NCBI GenBank assembly: GCA_030704615.1
Contig: CM060732.1
Location: 62,558,001-62,622,000, forward strand
DNA length: 64,000 nucleotides
Direction: 5' to 3'
From: Takakia lepidozioides
Lineage: Eukaryota > Plantae > Bryophyta
The position numbers and the translations under genes are program-made. Under the pieces are notes generated by a model. It was not told the origin of the DNA. It saw nothing but the letters and a program-made list of their open reading frames with translations, and did no database searches. Shown piece by piece: positions 26,775-40,142 of this stretch. Every line of letters starts with the position of its first letter. Positions within the stretch are counted from its first letter, which is position 1.

Positions 26775-26920
26775 TTACTGATCATGTGCGCTGACATGGA
26801 TGGCCACCTCCATCCAATACCGGCCTCTCAAATTCCCTCTTTGAAGAGACACATATTTCTCATCATAGATATCAAGCAGTGAATGAACGGCACCATGGCT
26901 CCATTCGTAGTACTCCCGTC
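26775..26920 (-). pseudogene. Truncated trihelix / Myb-SANT-like DNA-binding domain fragment
   Basis: EWSHGAVHSLLDIYDEKYVSLQRGNLRGRYWMEVA fits the W..LL..Y.EK..L.RGNLR..W.EVA pattern; the third helix is missing. Confidence 0.65.
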
Positions 26921-27313
26921 GATTTATTTCCCCTACTGTTCCATTCCTGGACGGGCTGCAGGAATAGACGGGCAACAGATATTTTCAGCTTATACTCTCG
27001 TATGTCTATATGTATAAGATGAATATATACATATATATTATATACATTATATACATTATATAAGTTAAAATTTATAAAATATAATTCAATTGAATTGCGT
27101 AATGACAATTCAATTGAATTCCAAATTAGGGTTGTTTTCAAGCTAGTTTTTGCAGTTTAATTGAATTGCGCACTTTTAGGGGGGTGATCAAGTGAATTGT
27201 GATGCACTTCACATCAAGGCCTTTTCGGAATTCCCTACACAAAGCACACAATGCATGAAGGTGCAAAAGCAAAGAGAAGAGACGGGCTGGATCCCGCCGC
27301 AAATATCCAAAGT

Positions 27314-28100
27314 ACCGTAGTGGGATAGCCGGTTAGGCAAAAATTAATTCGAAAAAAAAGTGTCTAATCAGAATAAATTATTTGTGCCTAATTTAGGAAA
27401 TTATCTTCAAAGATTGCCTAATTTTCGAAAATTTCTCCAAAATTGCCTAATGGTATAAAACTTGAAAATGATATACAGTTTCTTTCTGGTGCTTCATATT
27501 ATTTGATGCATGTATTAGCTCCAGATAACCTCCATAGGTCCTTGCATTGACTTAACTATCTCATCATAATTTGCCTCGTATCCCTCAAGCTCTCATTCAG
27601 ATTCTAAACTATCTTTCAGATTAAAAAGCTCTTCGCCTTCAGAATGCAGATTTGCCAAACATCTACTCATTCTATCAACTACAGTGAGATCAAAGATAGA
27701 TATCCGGGATATCTTCCAATAGAAGACCCCTTTCCAAGACATCATCATACACGTGGGAAACACGTCACTTGCACATGTGTTCACATACACGTAGAATGCC
27801 ACATTGTTCCCAACCGGACACAATCATCTATGTATGACATCCAACATGACACCAAGCCCCCCCCCCCCCCCCCCCCACAACCAAAGAGCTAGTGAGTCAA
27901 GCAGGTGGCAGGCAGCCTGTAGGCGGCTGAGTATATATTTTTATATTTTTATTTTATGGTCATTATTTTTAGTTGTCTAATTTTAAAATTTTACACAAGA
28001 TGCCTAATTCAGAAATTTTTCTTGAAAGTGCCTAAGTGCAAAATGGCCCCAAAAATAATTATTAGGCAGCCAAGTGCCTAACGGGCTATCCCACTACGGT
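27314..28100. mobile_element. MITE with 26-bp TIRs
   Basis: ACCGTAGTGGGATAGCCGGTTAGGCA matches the reverse complement of 28075-28100 at 25/26. Many subterminal TGCCTAA motifs. No TSD discernible. Confidence 0.75.
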
Positions 28101-30711
28101 TTGCAGTGCACAATCCCGCCACACAGTTCGTGGGAGATTTATCACCGGACAGCTGTAGGGGTAAGGTGTCACCCGCCCACCCTAAAAATGAAGTGAGATA
28201 CGGTAGAGTGGGCCGCATGCAGCCTCACCCTAAATTGGGACTGCATCCGATTTAGTGCATTGTACCTACGACCTGTCCAGCCAACTCAAGGAAAGCAACC
28301 CGTTTTGGGAAGTGCTTAGGGACTCACATTCGTGCCACATATTTTATATTTTTTAATATCACCCTCCAAAGGGCCGGTAGTCGCAAGGTGAAGTGGCTCT
28401 TAGTTACGCCGGGTTCGGCCGGAGTCTTTTCTCTATATTTTTTAATTTGTTGGCTCTCTTGACTTTGCATCATGTTAAAGTCAAGGGAGAAAATGTGGTC
28501 AAAGGACCTTACACCGTGTCAAGTCTCTCATTGGTGTGTTGTGCTGAGTCATGCTCCCTAGTCTTACCTTTCTCTTATGTTTTGCCAAAGCAAGAGAGCC
28601 ATTGCCGTTTGAGGCTTGTTTTTTTAGGAGAGGCTTCTAGAGAGGGAGAGCTCGATTTGTCTTTCATACGTCATCCCATCTGAGAGCATCTGCTGATGCT
28701 GCGACGAATCTCCCAAAGCAAGCATTAAGGGTTAGGGTGAATTACATTATTGATAAAAAAAAGTTATAATTTCAGGGCCTAACTATGGGTCACGCCTTGT
28801 TTTCCTCCTCAAAGGGGGAGTAGATTCCGTGGAAACAATTATATATATGTATATAAACCTTCAATTGAGCTTGAAGGAACCTAGTGATCTCTTCTCAGCG
28901 ATTTCTCATGCCACGCTGGCCACAAACCAATGTAATTTTACTAAGCTTTTCTTTGCTGAAGGTTGAGCACCATAGCACCAGATTGATCTCCTCTCTCAGC
29001 AATTTCTCATGTCTCTCTGAACAAAGGAGACGCACAAGAAGACAACCCAACAGCCATGAACACGGGGCCCAAAGAGGGCCCAAAGTGCATGTGTAAGTGC
29101 ACATGCACATGCCCTCAGTTTGAAGAAGAGGGACATGATTTTTCATGGTGTTGTCCCTCTATCTCCAAGCATTCCTTGGAGGAAAGAAAGTTGTAGTGGG
29201 GTTCTAGATTGGAGGAAAGACAGAAACCCACCCTATGTAGACAAAGTAAGCACAGTAGCTAGATAGAAATTTTATGATCTCAGAGTGCTCTCTTTGTCGC
29301 TTCTGCATCTCGCTCCAAGAGCTCCACAAGTCAAATCACACCCACTACTATATATGTCACTACTTTCTGATATGGAGGCCTTGGATAACACTAACAGTCA
29401 GCTCAGTGAGAGCTCAGTCCGCTTCACTTACCGTAGTGGCACTGAAATTGCTTCAAGAGAATCAACCGTTCACTTCGAAGAACATAAAACCAATATTTTT
29501 ACTGACTAGCAGATGATCTCTCACGAGGGCAGACGGTTCTGTATATGACTCTCACTCTGTGCCTTTCTCTGTGCCTCTCTCCCTATGGAGAAGATCTCTC
29601 CCATACATATATAGTTCCAGCACACCCTCAAGTCGTCGCTTGGCCTCCAAGGCTTCTTCGCATCATCCGAGTCGACTGCTCACATTGACTCATTGACGGT
29701 CGAATGTTGAATATCTCAACAGAACAAGGCGTTAAAACGTTGAAACCCTCACAAAATCTACAACATGTCAACCCTCCACCACGTTCTTCTTCTACCCCAT
29801 TTGTCCACTACACGTTGATATTCATCACACCTCACAAAAGTCATTGTCATGGGCTCCATCTTCCTGCCCGAAGGCAGGAACCCTTCCGGTCAAGAGACCC
29901 CATAATTTAGGCTTCTTTGGGGCAGCGTTTTTGTTGCTGGCCAATTTTCGCCCCAGAAAAAGCTCATGTTTTTTTGCTTCTCGACTCCTTTCACATACCG
30001 ACATTTCTAGATACGCCAGCTCGTTTTTTCGCCGAGCGTACACAAGTAGCCACTCGCCGCTACTTTTGAAAAATGAGAAGAAAAAAACACTGCTTTGGAG
30101 AGGCACCATAAACTGTAAAATTCTGGTGGGCGCCACCGGCCCTGCAGTAAACGTCGGCTGCTGGGAAGAGTTGTAGGGCCCGGGCCCCGGCAGCAGCTAA
30201 CCGAATCCCGATAACATTTACTTTTTAAGACATTCGTGAACTGAACTGCAACAGTGTGACTTTGTTGTTGAATGACGTCTTCCATTGACTTGCGGTCACA
30301 GCTAAACCAAAATAAGTGATTGGACTGGTATTAGCCCATATTACAGTCTAATCCATGCTGAACAAGCCTTGCAACGTGGGCAAAGGACGTCACGAGTTTG
30401 AAAAGATGCGAGTCAGTGCACAGGGGTTGTCCAAGGGAGAGGTTGAAGAGTTGAGCCCAGGATCAGACGCGCCGGTTTGCAAGCGTCAATTCACACGACG
30501 GGATGGGTACATAGTTGGGGTGTGCGATGCGACCAAACACATTGGCGCTTGTTTGCAATTTTCTCGGGACTCTCAGACCCACGCGTGTGTGTGCAGCTGC
30601 CTGCACTGTAGCTTCGGGGTAGATCACAGGCAGATGAGGGAATAGTGGCGTTGAAAAAGGGATATGCATCAATCCAGTTGATGCGGTGTGAGCTGCCCAG
30701 GAGCTGCCCAG

Positions 30712-30810
30712 CAATATAAAGACCCCGGGACGAGACCAGAGATTTAGGCTCAGCAGGGAGCGAGACTTTGAGAGTTGGTGAACAGAGTGTGAGAGAGAGA
30801 GAGAGAGTTG
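30712..30810 (+). promoter_or_regulatory. Probable TATA box and GA-rich 5' leader of the P450 gene
   Basis: AATATAAA at ~30713-30720, about 200 bp upstream of the ATG, followed by a (GA)n tract. Confidence 0.4.
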
Positions 30811-30919
30811 AGGGATTAAAGTTAGATGGTGATCATCTGGAGCTAGACATATATATCGGAATACTGCTTGAGAGTGGTGTCTCGAAATTTATACAGGTCA
30901 ACACATAACTGATGTGAAG

Positions 30920-33110
30920 ATGAAGGTTCACTACCAACCGGATAGTTTCTCCTTTGGTAGATTGATGACTTCAGGTCTAGATGAATTAGACACCATCTGG
31001 GGGTCTCAGAGACAGATTGTGGTAGTTCTGCTAGGATTCCTCACAGTCTTGATCGGCTATCGTTTGCTTTTTCCCAAGGTTAATAGATCGAAGCTGCCTC
31101 CCGGACCGCGGAGATGGCCAGTTATAGGCAACATGCATCTCTTGGGAGGTGAGAATATGCACCTGATATTGTGGAAACTTGCTCAAAAGTACGGACCGAT
31201 CATGTCCTTACGTTTGGGATCCCATCCCCTTGTTGTCGTCTCATCTGCCGAGGCTGCAAGCCTGTTTTGCAAAACCCATGACAAGTCGTTCGCAGATCGC
31301 CCACCGTCGTTGGCTGTCAGCATTTTCACCAACAACTACAGAGACATTATAGGTGCACCCTGCGGGTCATATTGGCGTCACTTACGAAAGATCTGCACCT
31401 TTGAGCTCTTCACACCAAAGCGTTTGGAGTCCTTCCGGCCTGCTAGAACAAAGGAGATGAATGGCTTGGTTACGTCCGTCATGGCCGACGTCCAGCAAGG
31501 AAAGGTGGTGGAGCTGGATGTAAAGTTGGTGTCAGTAGCGACCAACAACATCACACGTATGGTACTTAACAAAAGGTAAATTTCATCTGGGACCAGTCGG
31601 GATGTGAATCTAGAAGTTGTTCACTCTTGCAGTGTAGGTTGCAGTGGCAACATTCTGTTTGAAATGTCCAATCCGATGTCCCTCTTAACAACTAATTAGC
31701 AGTAAGGTGATCCATGGGACTGTACTATCTGTTAGCACCTCTAAACTGGCATACTACAACCACAAAGAGATCTAGTACACGAGATCTTCATTTCCACTAG
31801 TTTGGGTACCTAAGTTGTTGAGGATTTAAGCCATTGCTCCATAGCATCACTCACATGTCAGACTTGATAAAGTTTTGTGTGACAATTTCGTTCAAAACAG
31901 GTATTTTGGAATAGACACAACAAGCCAACAAGAAGCCCACGTGTTCAGAGATCTTATGTACACTTTGTTAAGATGTCAATCAACAATGGTCGTCGGGGAC
32001 TTCCTCCCATACCTCAAATGGATCTCAAAGTTATCAGGCTTCGAGGCACACATGATCAAGGTGAAGGAACAACTGGATAACTTTTATGGGGATGTCTTTA
32101 AAATGAAACATGCTGGACTAGCAAGAAGATCTGAAGACGAGACCGAAGGGGAAGTGAAGGACTTCGTTGATGTGTTGTTGTCTATGCCCTCAGAAGATGG
32201 AGTTGGTCAACTTTCTGACTTCACAATAAAAGCTGTGATTCAGGTAAAATTTGTTGTTTGCAGCAAATGGCTTTTTAGTCATTAGCTATAGATAGCCACA
32301 TGAAAGATGTTGGTAGTGCCTTTGGATGTTTCAATCTACTACTAAAGTTAACTGGGTTATTAGAGATGTCTCTGAAGATTGCAGTTCCATTTGTTCATTG
32401 ATAGGAGCAGATCAAAGGTGTCCTCAAGAAGAGCAAGTTGCCAAAGTAACAAATATTGGATACAAAATGAATGGTTCTTGCAGGATATGCTTGTTGCTGG
32501 ATCGGACACATCTTCAACCACACTAGAGTGGGCCATGGCGGAGTTCGTGCGTCACCCCGATGTCGCGAAGCGCTTACAAGATGAGATAGACTCTGTTGTG
32601 GGCCGTGACCACACAGTCGAGGAGACCGACATCCCCAACCTTCCCTACCTCCAAGCAGTTGTGAAGGAGGTGTTCCGCCTTCATCCTCCAACACCATTGT
32701 TGTTGCCACACATGTCAACAGAAGCATGCACAGTGGCTGGCTACGACATACCCAACCAAACACGCCTGTTTGTTAATGTCTATGCCATACACAGGGATCC
32801 AGCTGTTTGGGACAGGCCACTAGTATTTGACCCAGAAAGGTTTATGAAGAACCCTGAGATTGATATGAAAGGCCAACATTTCTGTCTCATGCCATTCGGA
32901 GCTGGGAGACGGATCTGCCCTGCCATGTTTTTGGGGATCCTTTTAGTTCAGATAGGATTGGCTCGCCTCGCCCACAGCTTCAACTTTAGTCTACCAAATG
33001 GGCAGAACCCCGATCAGCTGGACATGTCAGAGAAACTCGGGATCACCATGCCTCGGGCCAAGCCATTGAAGGTGGTTGCACAACCACGGCTCCCCTCACA
33101 TCTTTACTAA
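30920..33110 (+). CDS. Cytochrome P450, CYP71 clan (A-type), ~541 aa
   Basis: Exons 30920-31575, 31901-32243, 32484-33110 are in frame. TM anchor, PPGP hinge, WRHLR, AGSDTS, EVFR, PERF, heme motif PFGAGRRICPA. Alternative start at 30965. Confidence 0.95.
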
Positions 33111-33434
33111 TCCCTCGTGCACAGCTACTGACTCAGATCCTTGTGCTTGGAACTTCTCTTCAAAACATTTGAGCTGTGGATAGGTTGGATATTAGAGATG
33201 CAATTAATGATGGAGAAGCCCCTGGCATGTATATGACTGTACATATGACTACAAAGTTAGTCGTGACAACCACTACATGACTAGACATCATGAACATCTA
33301 GTTGTAACTACCACACACAGTCATAAGTGCCATGACATATTCAGTCACATCAAAGTCATGAATCTCTCTGAAATAAAACTTGGGATTATAAGTACATCTA
33401 TATAAGCACCCAAACTTTCCCACAACTAAGCAGT

Positions 33435-35990
33435 TTGAAGATCCAACAGCACTGGCCGGGAATGACAGCCCGTAGAAAGTCTCTCAAAGTTGTGAAATCT
33501 GTTGTGAAGATGCAGAGCTGCTGGCGTGGTCATCAGATTCAGCAGCAAGTAGTAGAATGGAGAAAATCAGCAACTGTCATTCAAAGTTGTTGTCAGGGTT
33601 ACGTTCGGAGAAAAGTATACAAGTTGGACAGGGCTGGGATTGTGAGAATCCATGCTATGTGGAGGGGTAAATTACTACGGCAGAAGGTGGAAGACAAATG
33701 CAACTAAAATCCAACCAGTTGGCGTGGGCTTTCTGTTAGAAGTCTCGGCCACCGTATTCAGACTTGTTTCCATGGGTATCTCCAGAGAACATCTTATCAA
33801 AGCTTGAGAACAAGCATCATAAGGTTGCAAGCACTTGCAAAGGTTTCTTTGGCACGAGATGCTGTTAAAAGTATGAAGGAGGAGGTAATAAGACTATATG
33901 CCTGTCTAGCAATTGCTGCTGTGACCATCCAGGCCAGATGGCATGGCCACCATGTAAGGCAGTCCCTAGCCCATCAGAGCAGATCGGTCACCTGTATCCA
34001 GAGTTTTTACCGTGGTCACATTGCACGGGTGCAGTATAAGAATTGCAGGTAGACTTCTATCTTTAGGCTGCAGGCATACTGGAGAGGTGCATTGCTGCGG
34101 TTGAAGATACAGCAAATGAACCAAACGAACTACTCCATCCAATCCCATGACAGATGACTACCCATAGCAGTATCAACCATATGACTCCTGTTGCTCTCCC
34201 TTAAGTAACATCCCAAGTCCCTCCTCCTTCCTCTTCACTTTTTCTGCTTCAAGGAGGCCCACCTCCTCCCCACCTGCTACCCCCTTTCCTCGAGGAGGTC
34301 CTCCTCCACCCCAGCTCCTCAAGGTGCCCCTCCTCCGCCTCCTCCCCATCCACCTCCTCCCCCTGCTCGTCAGGCAGTACCTCCTCCCCCACCACCGCCA
34401 TCAAAACCTCCTAAGGCTAGTGGTGGTTTCAGACCACCTCCTCTAAGGCTACCTCCAAGGGTTTCTAAGGGTTTCTAAGTAGTGTGCTAGTCTGAACAGC
34501 TCTGTAGACCACTCGGGGGATGTATTGAGTGAAGAAGAGATACTTTAGAATATGGTGCAGGTAACCAAGCCCAAGTCACCACCAAAACCTCTACACTGCG
34601 TTAAGTTGAAGGCAGACCCGGAGCACTCAATGGTGTGGGACAATTTGGGCAAATCCTTAATTCAGAACTACCATTGATCCATCTGGCAAGCTAACTTGCT
34701 ATTGTCAACATTGGAAAATCAAGATGACTCTGATTACAGGAGAAAACAGGCCGAAATGTGTTGAAGAAGGTGACCTCACCACATCGTCCTCAACCTTGTG
34801 TCAAGAAGCAGCTAGCTTGTCTTCCACCCAAGGAGGATTCACCCCAAAGACCTTGTGTGCGCTGCTTATGTCTGTAGTCAGATGATGTTGGATTGCTCTA
34901 TGAGAACCACAATAGTGCAACTAAGCAGCCATAGATTAAACAGAGTCTCCTAAGACAAATCTGAGAGTTTGGTTACTGCTCCTTCCCTTCCCTCAAACTT
35001 CTCAAATCCAACTCATTCCCCACTCCATAGTTCTGTTTTACCACCTATCAATAAAATGTAACAAAGTCATTGTTAAAATGAGGCCTGCTTAAGAGGAAGA
35101 ATTGGGAGACAAAGGCTTACAAAACAACCTCAGGCTGCCTGCCGCATTCAGACAGTTGTGCGAGATTGGCTTGCCCACAAAGACGCTTTATCCGCCATAG
35201 TTTTGGTGCACAAAACCACATATGCCATAAAAATACAGGTTGCTTGGAGGCGGTATTGGAGGCATAAAATCTGGTCTCAAAAGTCACAAGCAGTGACCAA
35301 AATTCAAGCAGCCTTCCGTAGTGCAGATGCACAAGGTGGGATGGCACTTACTATGCCTGATCTTCATCTGTTGAGCTCTATCACTGATTCAAATATACTA
35401 GGTTTCCTTGCCCATTTCTCTAGACTTGGAAATTTCCAGCTACGAGCCGCTTTGTTTTTTGAGGGAGGGGTGAGGGGGTTAACTAACTAGAGGACAGTCT
35501 TCTCGTATTCTCCTTCTTGAGAAACAACCAGTAATTGACCTTTTAGAAATTCACAAGGTGGATCCTAGCAATCCATGTGACAGTGACAGAAACCATTCTA
35601 GCTCTGGAATTGCAAACTTTTGAGGTATTGGTGAATTCTTCAAATCATGCAGAAATCTTTGCGTAAACTGGATTTCCATTGCAGTTGACGTCAACTCAAA
35701 CCCTACAATAAATAGTTGTACTGACATTTTTTCAATAATTCGATACTGGCAGACTGGGGTCCAAGGTAATCATGTTCGGCATGACATGGCTGATCAGTTG
35801 GCTCATGAACATTCACGTTCTCTGGAAGTGTTAGCAGCTACCACCATACAAGCTAACTGGAGAGGTTATGTTGTCGGAATCAAGCCAATAATTCTGGCAA
35901 GAGGCAGTGTCAAGAGACGATACTGCCAGTAATTTTCCAGAGTTGGAATCTTTCAGGAAGACATATAGTACTTCTAAGCTGGAGGCTGGT
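33435..35990 (+). pseudogene. Fragmented IQ-motif array (abnormal spindle/ASPM-like) remnants
   Basis: Repeated IQxxWRG-type motifs (MQSCWRG, IHAMWRG, IQARWHG, IQSFYRG, IQVAWRR, IQAAFR, IQANWRG) in three blocks with stops and frameshifts. Confidence 0.7.
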
Positions 35991-36109
35991 CAGATACTAA
36001 ACATGTGGGCCAGGACACTTCATCACAGGGTGAAGTTCTTGAGACTATGAACGTCGGCCATAGTGATTCAGCATTATTTTCGTGGATGGCAAGTGCTCAA
36101 GTCCGATGC

Positions 36110-36265
36110 CCTCATGAAGGGATGATACAGGAAAAGACAAAACCCAACGAGGTCACCTTTGTTTGCATTATTAAAGCTTGTGCCAGCCTGGCAGCCCTGG
36201 AGAAGGGCAAACAGGTCCATTATGAGATCATGAAATCTGGAATTGTGCCAGATGTCAAAAGAAAA
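36110..36265 (+). pseudogene. PLS-class PPR motif fragment
   Basis: MIQEKTKPNEVTFVCIIKACASLAALEKGKQVHYEIMKSGIVPDV is a typical P-L motif junction; it is isolated. Confidence 0.75.
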
Positions 36266-36718
36266 CATTTGCATCATTTCATGCAGACCATGGTGATGCT
36301 GACAGTTCAAATATGATTGGAGCAGCAACACCTTGGTTACAGAAAATCTTCTGAAATCCTTACTGCAGAGAACATTTTCCACGGAGCAATAGCCACAGAG
36401 AATTTGTCAACTTCCAATGTGGAAGAATTGCCTGTCTTAGCAACATGAATGACTCTAGTTGACAGCTTTGATGTAGACTGTACTTGGTACATGGCAAGTC
36501 TGCGGAGCAACTCACCTTATGTCAAACTGACAGCATAGCCAGCAAGTATGGAGAGTGACAAAAGCCAAGTCACAATTGCAGGCCCAATATTGAGGGATTT
36601 CAAACACCTACTTCCTCAAACATTTGCTTGAATACTGAGAAGCTGACCGTCGCTTTTCAACTGATCAGACCAGGGACACCTCTAACCAGGAATAATTCCC
36701 TTGATGGAATTGAACATG

Positions 36719-36762
<44 letters not shown>

Positions 36763-37381
36763 CCACATATGGCAATCTTAGAAAACTCACCACTTCAGCA
36801 GCAAGTGTGCCATCTGCCTTCAAACCTGAAAGCAAAATTGATAACGAGTCCACCCAATTACGGACAAAGGGATCATACAGTATCCTTGGCAGAATTTCTA
36901 GGTGTAACAGTGAGGGGTCCTGTGAAGAATGGAAGGACACAGTTGGAAACTGCAAAATGAAACTGCAAAATGACATGATGTGAATGAAATATGAACCAGA
37001 CTTACGAACCAGACAGGACAGTCGGAGGTTGTCCGAAAGGCCAGATACATTTGCAAACATAGAAAATACTGCGTGTACATGTGCTGATGTCTTTGTTTGG
37101 GTGAAACCAAATAATTTGGCGAAACCATAATTGTAAGTGTTAGATTTCTTGACCTTGTTTAGTGTGCTAGCCTTTAGAGGGCAAGTCATAGTTTGTTAAT
37201 CCCACTCACTTGAGTGGTCCTACATCCAAAACATCACTATCAACGAAAGACTGCTTCTGGAGTTGCCAAAATACTGCAAGGAAAATTCCTGTAGTAAGAT
37301 CCTTCGCAACAATCTTCCCACTCAGAGTGAATTCTCTACCTTAAATTCTCATAACCTTTGGAAACGGGATGGAGAGCAGTA

Positions 37382-37840
37382 CTAGCGTAAGTAGGAGGGA
37401 ATCTTGATACGGATGAAGAGAATGCTCATGATATAAGCTATGGATACGAATGAGAAACCGGCCGCCACGCAGGAAAGTCGCACACTGCGTGCCCTGGTCT
37501 TATCAGTCGCAAGATCCAGCATTATAATTCCCATGCCTCCAAGCACAAACATGAAGCCAGATGACAGGCCTTCTATTATGTACTGACCGTTTACCCGACC
37601 AGGAAGGAATACTACCGGTCGGACAGCTCCCGTCATGGGATCTTGCCTGCTCCCAATCCCCGGGGGCTCCACAATCACGTCATACACAAACCCTGAGATC
37701 ACGAGAAAGTAGGTGAGGAGAACCAGGGCAAATACCAGCATTGCCGAGGGAAGTGATGGCGTTGGGACCTTCAGTCTAAACCGTGGAATGCGCAAGACTT
37801 TGTACGGTACAGTTAGAAGAAGGGCCACAGGATCCGCCAT
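37382..37840 (-). CDS. OSTC: Oligosaccharyltransferase complex subunit OSTC/DC2 (152 aa, intronless)
   Basis: YFLVISGFVYDVIVEPPGIGS...RVNGQYIIEGLSSGFMF...FIRIKIPSYLR; ATG at 37840. Confidence 0.93.
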   Translation of the reverse strand: MADPVALLLTVPYKVLRIPRFRLKVPTPSLPSAMLVFALVLLTYFLVISGFVYDVIVEPPGIGSRQDPMTGAVRPVVFLPGRVNGQYIIEGLSSGFMFVLGGMGIIMLDLATDKTRARSVRLSCVAAGFSFVSIAYIMSILFIRIKIPSYLR

Positions 37841-38216
37841 CGCGCCTCCTCTGACCACCTTCTTCCTTGCGCAATCCAATCCTCCAACACTCGCCTGCTG
37901 GATCGCTTCGCCTTTGGATCTCTCCCCTGCATGCTTCTCTAACCCTAACCAGCCTTTCGGTCGTCCGTCCAACGAACTGAGATTAATTCGTTGACGCAGA
38001 ATGAAAAACTGTTATCTTCCGTCCTGTATGCGTATGGATGAGACAATTACCGGCTTGATGACAAACTGTGGCTGAACCTGGCTATTCCAATAATTTTATT
38101 TCATTTTTGCAAGACTAGGTATACAATAAATTTCTGGAAGAGCCTCACTTGTTGTGCATAACTTAATGATTTTCCTCTCACTAATCATCACTATGGCCAC
38201 TTGACTTATTTCACCC

Positions 38217-38470
38217 GGTGTTTTTTTTTTTTGGCGAAAAATCGCCAAATGGCGACCTCAAAACATTAAAATGGAATATTCTGTCATAAATTCCCAATTT
38301 TTTCATGGATGAAATCGCCAAACTTCTACAAGGACAAAAAATAATGGATGAAATCGCCAAATGTGGATGATATAAATGGATGAAAGTACATAGGAGGATG
38401 ATTCTATCCAAATTTTCAATGGATGAACAGAATATATAGCTATTTCTTGTGCTATTTTTCAAATTTAAGA
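38217..38470. repeat. MITE-like remnant with repeated ATCGCCAAA motifs
   Basis: CGGTGTTTTTTTTTTTTGGCGA start and several AAATCGCCAAA/ATGGATGAA repeats; no second terminus seen. Confidence 0.4.
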
Positions 38471-38661
38471 AAAAATCACTGATGTCACCAATAGGATTGA
38501 TCACTAATGACCCCTTATTCAACATCGGGCGTGCTGCCATTAATTTATTATGGGATGGTGCAGTCATGGTGTAATAAATGAAGTCATTTATTGAAGTAGA
38601 AAATGTGACAATGGTGTCCGACCAATGGTGTCCGACCAATGTGTCTGCCCGGCGAACGTGC

Positions 38662-39757
38662 CTACCGTGGTAGAGTGCGCGAACATATGCACACTAGAAC
38701 ACAAAGTGAACGTCTTACACGAACTAGAATATATGCGGGTTGCGGGCCGGTCCGTGCATGTGGAACCTCAGATGCACAGTGTTGTTCTTCTTTGGAACGT
38801 CTGGAATGCAAAGAAGCTTCTTGTCGAGAAGGTGTGGAATGCGAAGAAGGTTCTACCACTGCACCAAACATATCCGAACGGCCCAAATCTTGAAGCCTTG
38901 AAACAGGGGAAGACGCCTCATAGAAAATCCGCACTATATCGACGAGGTCCAGGTCCTGCGGCGAAACCATAGACTTCCAAATGGACTGCGAACGATTGAA
39001 ATCCATACCACTATTTTTGAAAGGAACCACCTACCCTACAGCAGGATAAAACTATCCAGATCGCAACACATGAAGAAGGACAGCTGGAAGTGTGGCTGCA
39101 ATCCGTTTCCGCATCTTATGTTTCAGCCACATTTGTACGCGTTCCAAAACATTCTGATGCAACAAACAAACCCAGTTTTTTTATGCTGGCACTCCATCTT
39201 TTATGTACCCATCCATCCCCTGTTGTATCTGTGCAGCAGTCACACCCTTATGCACAAACTGAAAGTGAGGTTCATCGGTATCTTTCATGCAATACCCAAC
39301 CATGCCGACAAAAGTATGGAGCCATTTATCCCTCCATAACTTGCAGTGCACCACATGACCAGGTGGCGCCAGTTCTGGATCTAACCATCTCAAAAAACAT
39401 TTGATCTGTTTGTGAAGCATTTGAATGCTGGAAGTGTATACCTGACAAACCATCTGGATGTGCAGGTGCATGAGAGTGCCATTTTTTTCTAAAGCGCACA
39501 AACCACCCACGCAGCTATCATGTATGAAATGTTCCATTTTCCCCAAACAATCCTCATCAATATCTCTTCCTCCAACGCCGATCGTGACACTGGCTTACAA
39601 AAATTTCACTTTTGTTTCCTACTTCCGGCTTCTTGTCTTTCTGCTTTCATTTCCTGTTTTTGGTTTGATGCTTCTTTGCTTGCACGCGCCCTCCTCATCT
39701 TTCCCAACATCTTGTGCATGCCCCCTCTTCCTTGCTATAGCTTTTAGATTCCCCATG
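38662..39757 (-). mobile_element. Replitron-type HUH endonuclease (Y1 transposase), pseudogenised
   Basis: One reading frame with scattered stops: ASVTIG (motif I), EKNGTLMHLHIQMV (HUH), LHTFVGMVGYCMKD (YxxK), then SG*FYPAVG*VVP...GMDFNRSQSIWKSMVSP...DIVRIF. Confidence 0.85.
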
Positions 39758-40142
39758 ATGCATTCAAGGCGATGGCACTTGTAAGTACATCCGCGGTGAC
39801 GACGACGGCAATGACGGTGGTGGCAGCGGCTGGTCTGCGACTACATACTTCTCCAAATCACCTATGCTCCTCGATCCCACCAGAACTAGAAAGTTATACC
39901 ACAATCGCGCCCCGAGTTGGTGATTAGGTCCCTCTAATACCAGATAGGTGACAAGTATCCATCCCAATAAAATCATCGCTTGGTCACTATCTGAAGTCAA
40001 TAGATCAAGAGGTCGGGTGCAAAAGTAGCCCCATCGTTACTCGCCTTCCTGCAATCCATGGCTTCAATTGGGTGTCCATGGCATTGAACTTCCGTTAGCT
40101 AAACCTTGGATCACTTGTCAACCTCGCCACTATCATGCCCCA

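Noticed and set aside
37841-37972. N-terminal extension of OSTC in the ORF track
   Set aside because: Begins at a non-ATG codon; conserved OSTC sequence starts at the ATG at 37840.
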